DNA of 59,417 nucleotides from Promethearchaeati archaeon (GTDB lineage Archaea; Asgardarchaeota; Heimdallarchaeia; Heimdallarchaeales; Heimdallarchaeaceae): NCBI GenBank assembly GCA_013166775.1, contig JABLTJ010000019.1, positions 1 to 59,417 of the forward strand, read 5' to 3'. Shown piece by piece: positions 50,123 to 59,417 of this stretch (position 1 is its first letter; each line of letters starts with the position of its first letter). The notes under the pieces were generated by a model. It saw only the letters and a program-made list of their open reading frames with translations, ran no database searches and was not told where the DNA came from. The position numbers and the translations under genes were made by a program.

Positions 50123-51166
50123 ATGCCAGAATATTGGCAACTAAAAAAATTAAAACAAAGAAGATGGAGGGAAAGAATAATAAGTAATGTATTGCGTTTA
50201 AGAACGCAATTAAGAAGAAAGATTCCAGAACGAACTGTTACTGAAACACTTTTAATTGCAACTTGGAATATCCGTGATTTTGGAGCAACAAGATTTAATC
50301 CAAGAAAACGAGCAAAAGAGGCTCTATTCTATATAGCAGAAATAATTTCATCTTTTGACATTATTGCAATACAGGAAGTCAATAGAAATATGAAACAACT
50401 TGAAGAACTTATGGATATCCTAAGCTATCCATGGACATATATCTGCACTGATGTCACAGAAGGATCTGGAGGAAATCAAGAGAGAATGGCTTTCATATAT
50501 GATAGGTCAAAAGTGCGGTTTCGAAATATAGCAGGAGAAATAGTTCTTCCTAAAACACACTTAATAGATAGAGATAAACAATTTGCTCGAACACCTTTTC
50601 TAGCTTCTTTTCAATCTGGATGGTTCAGATTCAATTTATGCACAGTTCATCTCTATTATGGAAGCGAAGGTTCTGTAGGTCTTAGTAGGAGAATAGCAGA
50701 GATCAAAGGAATAACTAAAATCTTAGCAAGAAAAGCCAAACAAGATGATGTAAGCTACATTGTCTTAGGTGATTTCAATATTATAGGTCCTAAAGATAAA
50801 ACAATGGAAGCACTTCTTACTAATGGATTTGAAATACCAGATAGCATATGGGATATGCCTAGTACACCATTCAGCGAAAAACACTATGATCAGATTGCTT
50901 TTCATTCAGAAGAAGGGAAAGTGAAGTTTGGTGAAAAAGGAGGAATATTCAATTTCTATAAATCAGTTTTCAGGGACGATGAAGCGGAGACATTCATTAA
51001 GAAATACAGAAGAGATTTTGAAAAATACGGTGATCCTCAAGATGAAGAAAGAATGAAAGATTACTATTTGAAAAGATGGAGAACTTGGCAAATGTCAGAT
51101 CATTTACCAATGTGGATAGAACTAGAGATTGATTTCACAGATGATTATCTTAACTCTTTGAAATAA
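50123..51166 (+). CDS. Endonuclease/exonuclease/phosphatase (DNase I-like) protein
   Basis: ATWNI, IQEV, ERMAFIYD, RTPF, VH, GDFN, YDQI, SDHLP; GGAGGT RBS. Confidence 0.85.
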   Translation: MPEYWQLKKLKQRRWRERIISNVLRLRTQLRRKIPERTVTETLLIATWNIRDFGATRFNPRKRAKEALFYIAEIISSFDIIAIQEVNRNMKQLEELMDILSYPWTYICTDVTEGSGGNQERMAFIYDRSKVRFRNIAGEIVLPKTHLIDRDKQFARTPFLASFQSGWFRFNLCTVHLYYGSEGSVGLSRRIAEIKGITKILARKAKQDDVSYIVLGDFNIIGPKDKTMEALLTNGFEIPDSIWDMPSTPFSEKHYDQIAFHSEEGKVKFGEKGGIFNFYKSVFRDDEAETFIKKYRRDFEKYGDPQDEERMKDYYLKRWRTWQMSDHLPMWIELEIDFTDDYLNSLK

Positions 51167-51178
51167 TAAAACGAAAGG

Positions 51179-51997
51179 ATGATTATGAAAAAAATATATA
51201 GAAGAATAATCAAATATACAGCAGCAAGTCTAATAATAGTATTTCTAGTAATAAGATACATTTACTTTGACGTTGTAAATGAGAAATTTGATGCAACATT
51301 TTTCACTTTAATAGCAATAGCTATTGCTGTAGTATTTCTACCTTGGGACAGATTACAGACCATTAAAGCAGGTATTTTTGAATTCACTATAAGAAACCCA
51401 GTAATAAAAGGAGCGATAAAAAGCCTTGATATTGATATAATACAAAATAGAAAATTGAAAAAAGAACTAAAGATACTTGAAGAGGATATAGAGACAATAA
51501 AGGGTTCTAGAATCCTTTGGATTGATGATAGACCATTGAATATAGTTGGTGAGAGAAATCTTCTAAGATCTCTGGGAGTAATTATCTCTTTTGCAGTTTC
51601 TAGCAACAATGCTGAGTCTCTGTTAATTAATGATGGGGATTTTGATTTAATTATCTCTGATATTCAAAGATTAGGGGATAGCTACAAATTCAATGAAGGA
51701 GTCGAAATTCATGAAGGAATAAATTTCATAGCAAGAATACACACATCAAAAGAGTACCCAGAATCAATAAAATCTATTCCTGTAGTTTTTTATGCAGCAT
51801 ATGATAAAGAAAGGTTGGAAAGATTTACAAGACCTGCAAAAGAAACAGCTAAAGATAAAAAATTAATCTTTACAGGAAATTCAGTTGTTGAACTGTTAAC
51901 AAGTGTCATTACAATTCTATCTGAACTTCGTAAGAAGCCTGTTATGCTGAGAGAAACAAAAACACCTACTTTACCAAGAAGTGATGAGAGCACTTAA
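51179..51997 (+). CDS. 2-TM protein with receiver-like (REC) domain
   Basis: Two N-terminal TM helices, then RILWIDD, FDLIISDI, PVVFYA; the canonical KP lysine is not evident. Confidence 0.7.
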   Translation: MIMKKIYRRIIKYTAASLIIVFLVIRYIYFDVVNEKFDATFFTLIAIAIAVVFLPWDRLQTIKAGIFEFTIRNPVIKGAIKSLDIDIIQNRKLKKELKILEEDIETIKGSRILWIDDRPLNIVGERNLLRSLGVIISFAVSSNNAESLLINDGDFDLIISDIQRLGDSYKFNEGVEIHEGINFIARIHTSKEYPESIKSIPVVFYAAYDKERLERFTRPAKETAKDKKLIFTGNSVVELLTSVITILSELRKKPVMLRETKTPTLPRSDEST

Positions 51998-52027
51998 TAG
52001 AAGATATTTACTCTCTCTTTATTTTAT

Positions 52028-53308
52028 TTAATTCAGCAAATCTTTTACCCGTTTCTCAGCATTTTCAGCCATTTTTTTCATTCTAGTTTCATCATGTCTT
52101 GATTCAAGGTAATGCAAATGAAAACTTATTTTTCCTCTCATTGTATATACAAGAACTGTAATCGCTCCTATAGCATAAGAAATTGCACCGTAAAATGATT
52201 CTATTGAGAATTTCTTTGTATCTAGTTTAATACCTATTCTGTCCAATGATCCTAGATTAGTTACAGCGAATGCTTCTCGATTTCCAGCTATTTCTATGAA
52301 CAATGGAGCTACTTCATTTAGAATATCAATGGAGACACCTGTATGAATTATTTTATGAACCTTGAATACTTTTTTATCTCGTAAGGACATAATTAGTTTT
52401 CTTTGGTATTTTTTCGCATTCAGCCAGAAATCTTTCTTATGTTTGTATTCTTTCCTTACTACTGTCCCACCAGCATACAAGCCAAAAGCTTCACCTATCG
52501 GATAAGCTAGCCTTTCTCTTAGGTTAACTGGATTGTTGATAATTGGAATATCTGCAAGAAAAAGTGTACAAACCGCACTATGAACTGATATTCGTTTTCT
52601 CTTGCATAATTGAAGAAATTGCTCTGTTTCATCTTCGGTTAAATTCCAAGAGATTAATCGCAGATCATCAGCTTTGTAATCAGTTGCATAAATTACATCT
52701 TTCTTTTTTTTACCAAATTTTAAGAAGTAATAAATCCTCATCAAGAAGAGCATAACTTTTGTAAGCAAAGCGTTACTTGGAATCTTCCTTCTTATCTTTG
52801 ATGGAAAAATATCTTCAGCCCTGGATGGACTCTCTATTGGAATAACCTTTGTATCTGGTTTATTTAGAAAATCGACAAGATCTCTAATTAAGAATGCCAT
52901 TGACAATCCATCAGTTATAGTATGTTGAGCACATAGAATCAGATCTGTTTGTTCAGCAGATGTAAGTAAAACAGTTCTAAATAGAGGTAAGTGTTTTTTT
53001 TCATAATCAAAAGGTGTTTCTAGATTTCTCAGGAAGAATTCGTTTGTTTTTGCTTCAGATGTAAATTCAAAAGTCTCAATTGGTATTTCTTCAACTTCTT
53101 CTGAAGTAAACCAATAAGACCTATTTTCATCTGATTCAATTCTCACATTTAATAACGGATGCATTTCTTGAGCTTTCCTCAGAGCGTTTCTCATCTCTTC
53201 ATGAGAAATATTTCCTTTAATTCTCAGAGCAACAACTAGATTGTAAGGTTGCCCTATTGAGAAATTAAGATATTCCAAATCGTTGAGCTTCCTCTTCATA
53301 ATAACCAT
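52028..53308 (-). CDS. Condensation-domain / PapA5-like CoA-dependent acyltransferase
   Basis: HPLL, HTITDG (HxxxDG), PVNLR, TNLG. Confidence 0.8.
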   Translation of the reverse strand: MVIMKRKLNDLEYLNFSIGQPYNLVVALRIKGNISHEEMRNALRKAQEMHPLLNVRIESDENRSYWFTSEEVEEIPIETFEFTSEAKTNEFFLRNLETPFDYEKKHLPLFRTVLLTSAEQTDLILCAQHTITDGLSMAFLIRDLVDFLNKPDTKVIPIESPSRAEDIFPSKIRRKIPSNALLTKVMLFLMRIYYFLKFGKKKKDVIYATDYKADDLRLISWNLTEDETEQFLQLCKRKRISVHSAVCTLFLADIPIINNPVNLRERLAYPIGEAFGLYAGGTVVRKEYKHKKDFWLNAKKYQRKLIMSLRDKKVFKVHKIIHTGVSIDILNEVAPLFIEIAGNREAFAVTNLGSLDRIGIKLDTKKFSIESFYGAISYAIGAITVLVYTMRGKISFHLHYLESRHDETRMKKMAENAEKRVKDLLN

Positions 53309-53442
53309 TTCTTGAATCTTCAGATAAATCTAATATGAATTGATTATAAAGCATCTCTTTGATAAGCTTATACCTATTATAATAAATCTAGAGATTTTGC
53401 TTTGGTTAATAGAAGAAAAAGATAAAAACAGAATAAGAAAGG

Positions 53443-53817
53443 TTGAAACAGGAATATTTGATAAAATATTGTTGTAATCTCTCAAATTATTTCAGAATCA
53501 TACTGTGTGATTACAATAATTTTTTATTTGGTGTCTTAAAGTTCTATTTGATGTCTGTAGATGATTTTAAAATTAAAGAATCAATTAAATCTAACAGAAG
53601 AGATACTATTGTTTGTAGTAGTATATTGTTAAGTCTTGCGCCTGTCTTAGCTTTCTTATGGTGGTATTTTCTTGTTCTAAAAGATATTCCTGAATATGTG
53701 GCTCTTGCTATATTCCTTATAGCACCATTTTTGGGAGTGTCTTTCTTAGGTTTAATCTATACAACTGCTCGATTTTTAAATCTTAAGAAAAAAATGCAAA
53801 AAAGAGATGACAAGTAA
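53443..53817 (+). CDS. Small 2-TM protein (likely start ATG 53551)
   Basis: Two hydrophobic helices and a basic tail. Confidence 0.55.
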   Translation: MKQEYLIKYCCNLSNYFRIILCDYNNFLFGVLKFYLMSVDDFKIKESIKSNRRDTIVCSSILLSLAPVLAFLWWYFLVLKDIPEYVALAIFLIAPFLGVSFLGLIYTTARFLNLKKKMQKRDDK

Positions 53818-53827
53818 TAATTCGATT

Positions 53828-55180
53828 TTATTGTTCAAAAGTTGTAATTCCTAATTCTTCTAGTTTGCCTATAAATATCTCTGCTAAAATGGATTCCTTT
53901 ATTAATCTACTAAATGTAATTACAAGCTTATCCTCAAAACTTATCAGACCAACTCTTTCTTTGTGTAACGCACTTGGTCCTACAACTACTTCATAAGAAT
54001 CAATATACTTCACAAGCTGATCAGGTATATTTACTTTACCTAGATTTGAAATTACACCACTATAATATGGTGCACTTATAAAATAATATCCTCTTCTTGC
54101 AAAGAATCTCTTTACTTGATAAGGCGTTATCTGCATTATCCATAATTTCGTATTTCCTATGTTCATTGCAATTTTGTGATAGAATGTGCTTGGTTGGATT
54201 TGTTTCTTTAGGAGATTGTTAATTTCTACTACTCTTTCTCTAAAAGGTTTTGTATCCATTTTAGAATCCAGATCCAGTCTCACACCTAAAGAGAAATTTC
54301 TCATAGTTTTGGATTCAAAAATTTGTCTCAAATTTACTGGGACTCTTAATCGAATAGGTTTTATTTTTCGAGTCTTATTTTTGTATAACAGTTCTTGTAG
54401 ATCTTTAAGAGATTCAAAGTAAATAGCTATTAGAAGAGAGGTAATAGAAACATTGAATTCCTTTGATTTCTGTTTAATACTCTCAAGAGAAACAATTACC
54501 TTTGATAGATGAAAAACTCCGGGAGGTTCAAGTTTGTTAGGTATAGTGAAACTTCTCTTCCTAAATTTAACTCCGCCCTCTCTTTTTATCTCCTTATAAT
54601 GCCGTTCATATGCATCTTCGTATTCCAATGGATCTGATTCATCTTCTGGCAAGAAGATACCATTGAATTCCGTTAATATTACTCCTTTAATTCTGAAATA
54701 TTCAGCAATCAAAGAATTGAGGAATATTAAACCACCGTAGCCATCTGTTAAACAATGCTGACATTCAAGAGTGACTTGGTTTATATTTACAATTATTCGA
54801 TAAAGGAGTCTTTTTCTACCAAGTGATATATATTGGCAAGGATATTGACGTTCTGATTGTATCTCAGGAATTGCAAGGTTAGTTACCCATTTTCCCCAGA
54901 AAAGACCTCTTCTTATACTCACTCTATAATATGGAAAACGTGGTAAAATATTAGAGAGAGCTGTATGTAGTTTATTTATCTCGACGTCCTCTTTCAAAGT
55001 GCAGGATATTCGAAAGACATTCGTAACTCTTTTGTTAGAAAGCAAACTAAATCCAATAGCAGCACTATCTAACTTATACTTTCTTTTATCAGCTTTGATT
55101 CCAAGAGATGTTCTTGTAGATGCGTTTTTCTTTAATACTGGAGTGTTCATGAACCTCTTAAATCCATCAAATTGAGTCAA
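53828..55180 (-). CDS. Alcohol-acetyltransferase-like CoA-dependent acyltransferase
   Basis: RFPYY, GLFW, HCLTDGYG, VPVNLR, SKTMRNFS, SNLG. Confidence 0.8.
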   Translation of the reverse strand: MTQFDGFKRFMNTPVLKKNASTRTSLGIKADKRKYKLDSAAIGFSLLSNKRVTNVFRISCTLKEDVEINKLHTALSNILPRFPYYRVSIRRGLFWGKWVTNLAIPEIQSERQYPCQYISLGRKRLLYRIIVNINQVTLECQHCLTDGYGGLIFLNSLIAEYFRIKGVILTEFNGIFLPEDESDPLEYEDAYERHYKEIKREGGVKFRKRSFTIPNKLEPPGVFHLSKVIVSLESIKQKSKEFNVSITSLLIAIYFESLKDLQELLYKNKTRKIKPIRLRVPVNLRQIFESKTMRNFSLGVRLDLDSKMDTKPFRERVVEINNLLKKQIQPSTFYHKIAMNIGNTKLWIMQITPYQVKRFFARRGYYFISAPYYSGVISNLGKVNIPDQLVKYIDSYEVVVGPSALHKERVGLISFEDKLVITFSRLIKESILAEIFIGKLEELGITTFEQ

Positions 55181-55384
55181 TAAATGGTATTATAATGTAT
55201 TCTTTACATTAATGAAAAATAAAATTTTCCTTAAAACGACTCTTTTTCACATTTTTGACTACTAAATTATGTTTCTGGCAATTTCAAGAACTTTTAAATT
55301 TTGTTTCACAAGTAAGATGTGGAATTCTGAGAAGATTCTAAACCTCTGAAGCTTTTTATAGTTAAATATCTCCTCCAAAATAAT

Positions 55385-55741
55385 ATGACTCAAGAAGAAT
55401 TAATTGCATTTTGTGGAATAGATTGTTTAGAGTGTCCAGCTTATATTGCTAAAAGAACTGATGATGTGGAACTTAGAGAAAAAACAGCTCAAGAATGGTC
55501 AGGATCAGAAGGACCTATAAAACCTGAAGAAATCAATTGTGATGGTTGTATATTACTTGATCAAGAATTATACAGATTTTGTAATGATTGCCAAGTAAGA
55601 ATTTGTGGATTTGAGAAAGGATTACAAAATTGTGCTCATTGTAATGAATATTCTTGCGAAAAGCTTGAAAGATTATGGGATATGTTCAAAATGACTGAAA
55701 CAAAAAAAACGCTTGACAACATAAGAAGTAATCTAGTTTAA
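55385..55741 (+). CDS. DUF3795-like Cys-rich protein
   Basis: CGIDCLEC, CDGC, CNDCQVRIC, NCAHCNEYSC. Confidence 0.85.
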   Translation: MTQEELIAFCGIDCLECPAYIAKRTDDVELREKTAQEWSGSEGPIKPEEINCDGCILLDQELYRFCNDCQVRICGFEKGLQNCAHCNEYSCEKLERLWDMFKMTETKKTLDNIRSNLV

Positions 55742-55823
55742 AATGAATGATATCTCTATTATAATTTCAAGAATGATCAGATGGCATGAAAGATTTAAGA
55801 ATAAAGTAATTTCTTATTAGATA

Positions 55824-56744
55824 ATGATAAAAGAGATGCTTCAAAAGATAGAAGAAAATGGATATAAATATAGCTTGGTTTCAGTAAATCATCTAAAGAA
55901 CCTTCAGCTAGAATTAGAAAATCGTCATAAAGAAGGTTTATTTGATGAAGAATTTTATCAAGAAAGAATACTCCGACATAATTTTAATTATGAAGAATCT
56001 TTTCCAGAAGCGAAATCTATTATTATTGTAGCTATTCCTGACCCACAATATGAAGTTACATTTAATATCAGAAGAAAAAGATATCCACTACGTGTTCCAC
56101 CAACATATATGTTTTATCAGAAAACCTGGAAAAAAATTAATGAAGTGTTAAATTCCATATTACATAAAGAAGGATTTCGAGCAGTTAAAGCGAATTTACC
56201 TCTCAAGAGTTTATCAGTACATAGTGGTCTAGCAAAGTATGGTAGGAATAATATTACATATGTACCTGGCATGGGAAGTTTTCACGTACTAGCAGCTTTT
56301 TATACAGATCTTCCATGTGAAGAGGAAAATTGGAAAGAATATGAATTAGAAGAAACTTGCAAGAAATGTTCAGCATGTCTCAGAAATTGCCCTACAGGAG
56401 CAATATCCTCTGATAGATTCCTTTTGTTTGCTGAAAAATGTTTATCATATTTAAATGAAAAACCAGGCAATATACCATTTCCAGAGAGGGTAGATCCATC
56501 ATGGCATAATTGTCTAGTGGGATGTACTGTATGTCAATTAGTTTGTCCTTTAAATAAAGAACATAAAAATTGGATAGAAAAAGGACTAGAATTTAGTGAA
56601 GAGGAGACAAAACAATTTTTACAAGGCTTAACTTTGGAAGAGTTTTCTTTAACAACAAAAAACAAATTGTTAGAAACTGAACTTGATGAGTATTTGGATA
56701 CTTTTCCAAGAAATCTTAATGTTCTAATTAGAAGTAAAGAATAA
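55824..56744 (+). CDS. Epoxyqueuosine-reductase-like 4Fe-4S double-cluster protein
   Basis: LPLK...SGLAKYGRNN, CKKCSACLRNCPTGA, CLSY, GCTVCQLVCP. Confidence 0.8.
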   Translation: MIKEMLQKIEENGYKYSLVSVNHLKNLQLELENRHKEGLFDEEFYQERILRHNFNYEESFPEAKSIIIVAIPDPQYEVTFNIRRKRYPLRVPPTYMFYQKTWKKINEVLNSILHKEGFRAVKANLPLKSLSVHSGLAKYGRNNITYVPGMGSFHVLAAFYTDLPCEEENWKEYELEETCKKCSACLRNCPTGAISSDRFLLFAEKCLSYLNEKPGNIPFPERVDPSWHNCLVGCTVCQLVCPLNKEHKNWIEKGLEFSEEETKQFLQGLTLEEFSLTTKNKLLETELDEYLDTFPRNLNVLIRSKE

Positions 56745-56850
56745 TATGGTATAAAATGAAATTCTTCAGAGATTCTTTTGTAGTTCACGAGTACAGTTGG
56801 AAATCTAAGCCAATAATATTCAATATCTGAAATCAATATATAAAAAAAAA

Positions 56851-59244
56851 TTAGTGTGAAAATTTTCTTTTCTTTGTTATATAGATTAAAACTATCAATA
56901 CCATTGTTGATGACATTAGATAAACTGTTGTTGGGGAGAATTCTGCTATCAAAAACACCGTTTCATACTCTAATGATATTGATGTAACAGTAGGTGTAAC
57001 AGTTAAGTTTGTTGTTTCTAGAACTGCTTTCCATACTAAATCATGACCATCATTAATTAAAGAGTAAAGTGTATCTAAAGTAATTATTTCCCAATTAGTC
57101 GCATTATCTCCTGAAACATAAAAAGTTAAACTAGTATCTGTAGGTATTGTACACACTGCTGTCATTATCACATTATCAATGAATTCGTTTTCTTCTACTG
57201 TTGAATAAATAACTGCAGATTGTGCAATACAAAGAGGATTAAATAGCAAAGCATGGGTAGTATAGATAGTTCTATATTCTACAACGCCTATTCCAAGATC
57301 TAAAAGAGCGACATAAAGATAGTTTCCTGCAAGTCTAACATCTATAACACACATACCACTGAATAACTCGTTTATCAAACTGGGTGCACTTGGATTACTG
57401 ATGTCTAAAACAAATAATCCTTTGTTACTATCACAAAGAAAAGCATATGGTCCATCTATATATACTCTTACTACAACTCCATCAGTAGCATATGAACCAA
57501 TATAAGAAGGAGCAAGTGGATCAGTTATGTTTAAAATCACCATTCCTCCAAATCCTGTTGCTAAGTATGCATAATCACCATCTACACAGATCATTCTTGC
57601 GTCTATAGCATCATAAAAACTAACTTCTTGAGGATTTAATGGATTACTAATGTCAACAACTATCATTCCACTGCTGTTTGCTGCATAGATATAGTTTCCA
57701 GAAATAGTTAGACCAGATAAAGTATCCAAACTTAGGGATGTTTCATAAATTAAATTATGTGGATTTGTAATGTTAAAAACGCATAATCCTAGAGCACTAT
57801 CAGCTACAAAAACAAAATCACCTGAAACAACTAAATCCATAGCTGCACTAGTGAGCTGATACCATTCATCAGCTAATACTGGATTCTTTGGATCAGTGAT
57901 ATTAAATATTACTAATCCACCAGCTGAAAAATCCATATTAGCTACATAAAGGTAATTGCCTTGGATAGAAAGACCAAAACGTGAAGAACCAGTGAAAGTT
58001 CCAGTTCCAACTATTTGAGGATTAAGAGGATTACTAATATCTAACACTTGGATATCTCCCCCATCATCAGCAATAAATGCATAATCACCAAAGAGAGTTA
58101 AACTTAAAGATGCACCAGGAGTGTCTACAGTGTTACGAACAATTGGAGTAATTGGTTCATAAATCTGGAATATTTTTAGTCCGTAATCAGCATCAGAAAC
58201 ATATGCATAGTTGCCTTGGATAACCACAGAAGTTGCAGTAAGACTATCATTAAAATATGCAACTAATAGAGGAGTGGATAGATCTGTTATGTCAAAAATT
58301 TGCAAACCATTTGAGTGATCACAAACATAAGCATAGTCACCATCAATTGTGATTTTTAGAGTATTTACAAGATTTATGTAAGAACTTACGTGAGTTGGAT
58401 TAAGAGGATCAGTCACATTAGCTATATGAAAACCTTGACTTAGACAACCAAGGAAGAGATAATCTCCCTCAAGTGTAAGTCTTTCAACTCTAAATCCTGT
58501 TTCGTAGAATCCTACCTCTGTAGCAGTTAAAGGATTACTTATATCCATCACAACCACTCCTGTAAAATTAGCTATGTAAGCAAAATTTCCAGCAATTTCT
58601 ACATCAATTATATTTTCAAGCGGATATTCTGCAAGAAGCACAAAATTTGTTGGATCGGTGATATTATAGATACATAATCCGTGAATAAAATCTGCTACAA
58701 ATGCTAAATCTCCAGAAATTACTAAATTGCGCGCATCACTAGTATATTGATACCAATCATCAGCTAGTACAGGATTCTCTGGATCAGTAACATCAAATAT
58801 TACCAACCTGTTATCCCAACCCGCAACATATGCATAGTTCCCATCAACAACGACACTATAACGAGTGGAACCTGTAAAGCTTCCAGTTGCTACAATATTA
58901 GGAGAAGTGGGGTCGCTGATATCAACAATCTTGAGATCTTCGTGTTCATCAGCAATATAAGCATAATCTCCAGCAATAAAAAGTCCTCGGGGAGAACCTG
59001 GAGTATCACATGCACCGATGAGTTCAAGGGTAAGAAGAGTATTCTGAATCTCTCCTGTTCCCCATCCTGTAACATTTGTTTGAGTTTCATTTATGTAATT
59101 AGTAGTAGTGAAATCTTCGACAAAAATACCTTCAGCTGCAAAACTTAAAGGTATTTGTGTCATCAGTAAGAATAGGCTTGCAATTAAAAGAAAACTTATT
59201 TGAATATGATTTTTTTGTGAATAGAAAAATTTCATAATTATCAC
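56851..59244 (-). CDS. Large LVIVD-repeat surface protein with two duplicated propellers
   Basis: About 14 repeats; signal peptide; C-terminal IAEF plus TM plus KKRK. Confidence 0.85.
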   Translation of the reverse strand: MIIMKFFYSQKNHIQISFLLIASLFLLMTQIPLSFAAEGIFVEDFTTTNYINETQTNVTGWGTGEIQNTLLTLELIGACDTPGSPRGLFIAGDYAYIADEHEDLKIVDISDPTSPNIVATGSFTGSTRYSVVVDGNYAYVAGWDNRLVIFDVTDPENPVLADDWYQYTSDARNLVISGDLAFVADFIHGLCIYNITDPTNFVLLAEYPLENIIDVEIAGNFAYIANFTGVVVMDISNPLTATEVGFYETGFRVERLTLEGDYLFLGCLSQGFHIANVTDPLNPTHVSSYINLVNTLKITIDGDYAYVCDHSNGLQIFDITDLSTPLLVAYFNDSLTATSVVIQGNYAYVSDADYGLKIFQIYEPITPIVRNTVDTPGASLSLTLFGDYAFIADDGGDIQVLDISNPLNPQIVGTGTFTGSSRFGLSIQGNYLYVANMDFSAGGLVIFNITDPKNPVLADEWYQLTSAAMDLVVSGDFVFVADSALGLCVFNITNPHNLIYETSLSLDTLSGLTISGNYIYAANSSGMIVVDISNPLNPQEVSFYDAIDARMICVDGDYAYLATGFGGMVILNITDPLAPSYIGSYATDGVVVRVYIDGPYAFLCDSNKGLFVLDISNPSAPSLINELFSGMCVIDVRLAGNYLYVALLDLGIGVVEYRTIYTTHALLFNPLCIAQSAVIYSTVEENEFIDNVIMTAVCTIPTDTSLTFYVSGDNATNWEIITLDTLYSLINDGHDLVWKAVLETTNLTVTPTVTSISLEYETVFLIAEFSPTTVYLMSSTMVLIVLIYITKKRKFSH

Positions 59245-59417
59245 TTAAATCATTAAAATAAAATAACAATATAAAAGCACTTCTATCTAATTTGTTCTTT
59301 TTTTAAAAGTTCCATTCTTATAAAATATTAATTTTCTTCTTTAATTTTCTAAATAAGAGAATTGAATCTTAATCAAATATCTAGTTTATTCTTAGAAGAA
59401 GGGAGAATTTCGACTTC

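Noticed and set aside
55824-56744. queG or reductive dehalogenase call
   Set aside because: Only the shared double 4Fe-4S/cobalamin-type fold motifs are visible; the specific function cannot be supported.
17078-59148. Remaining short ORFs nested antisense or out of frame within long genes
   Set aside because: Shadow ORFs with no motifs, expected opposite real coding sequence.
1-59417. CRISPR array, integron attC sites, tRNA/rRNA, IS elements
   Set aside because: No regularly spaced repeats, shared intergenic palindromes, GC-rich structured RNA or recombinase/transposase ORFs found by eye; covariance-model searches were not run.

Overview
AT-rich (roughly 30% GC by eye), gene-dense archaeal region, most consistent with an Asgard archaeon (Heimdallarchaeia-like). 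The evidence is Rag-like and Arf-like small GTPases, LVIVD, NosD and Ig-like surface proteins with C-terminal TM plus basic tails, GGTGA-type RBS and TATA-like promoters, and lineage-typical wHTH regulators. The taxonomy is inferred and not verified by search. The window is an accessory catabolic and cell-surface region: peptidases, SDRs, five MBL hydrolases, serine hydrolases, a MacB/FtsX ABC system, an allantoinase-like/racemase/PLP-enzyme cluster, a Cwh43-like plus HGSNAT-like pair, and acyltransferases. I recognised no rRNA, tRNA, CRISPR array, integrase or transposase. Two observations stand out. (1) A two-gene cassette occurs twice, 39 kb apart: a ~150-aa secreted protein ending in FDPP plus a variable Pro/Gly tail, followed by a tandem Lrp/AsnC-like wHTH regulator. 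One copy is divergent to a secreted zinc protease and the other is followed by receiver-domain genes, so it is a candidate extracellular signalling module. (2) Several spacers contain decayed gene fragments, including ~80%-identical ghosts of the 3' ends of genes lying 4.5-7.4 kb away, which points to rapid local gene turnover.
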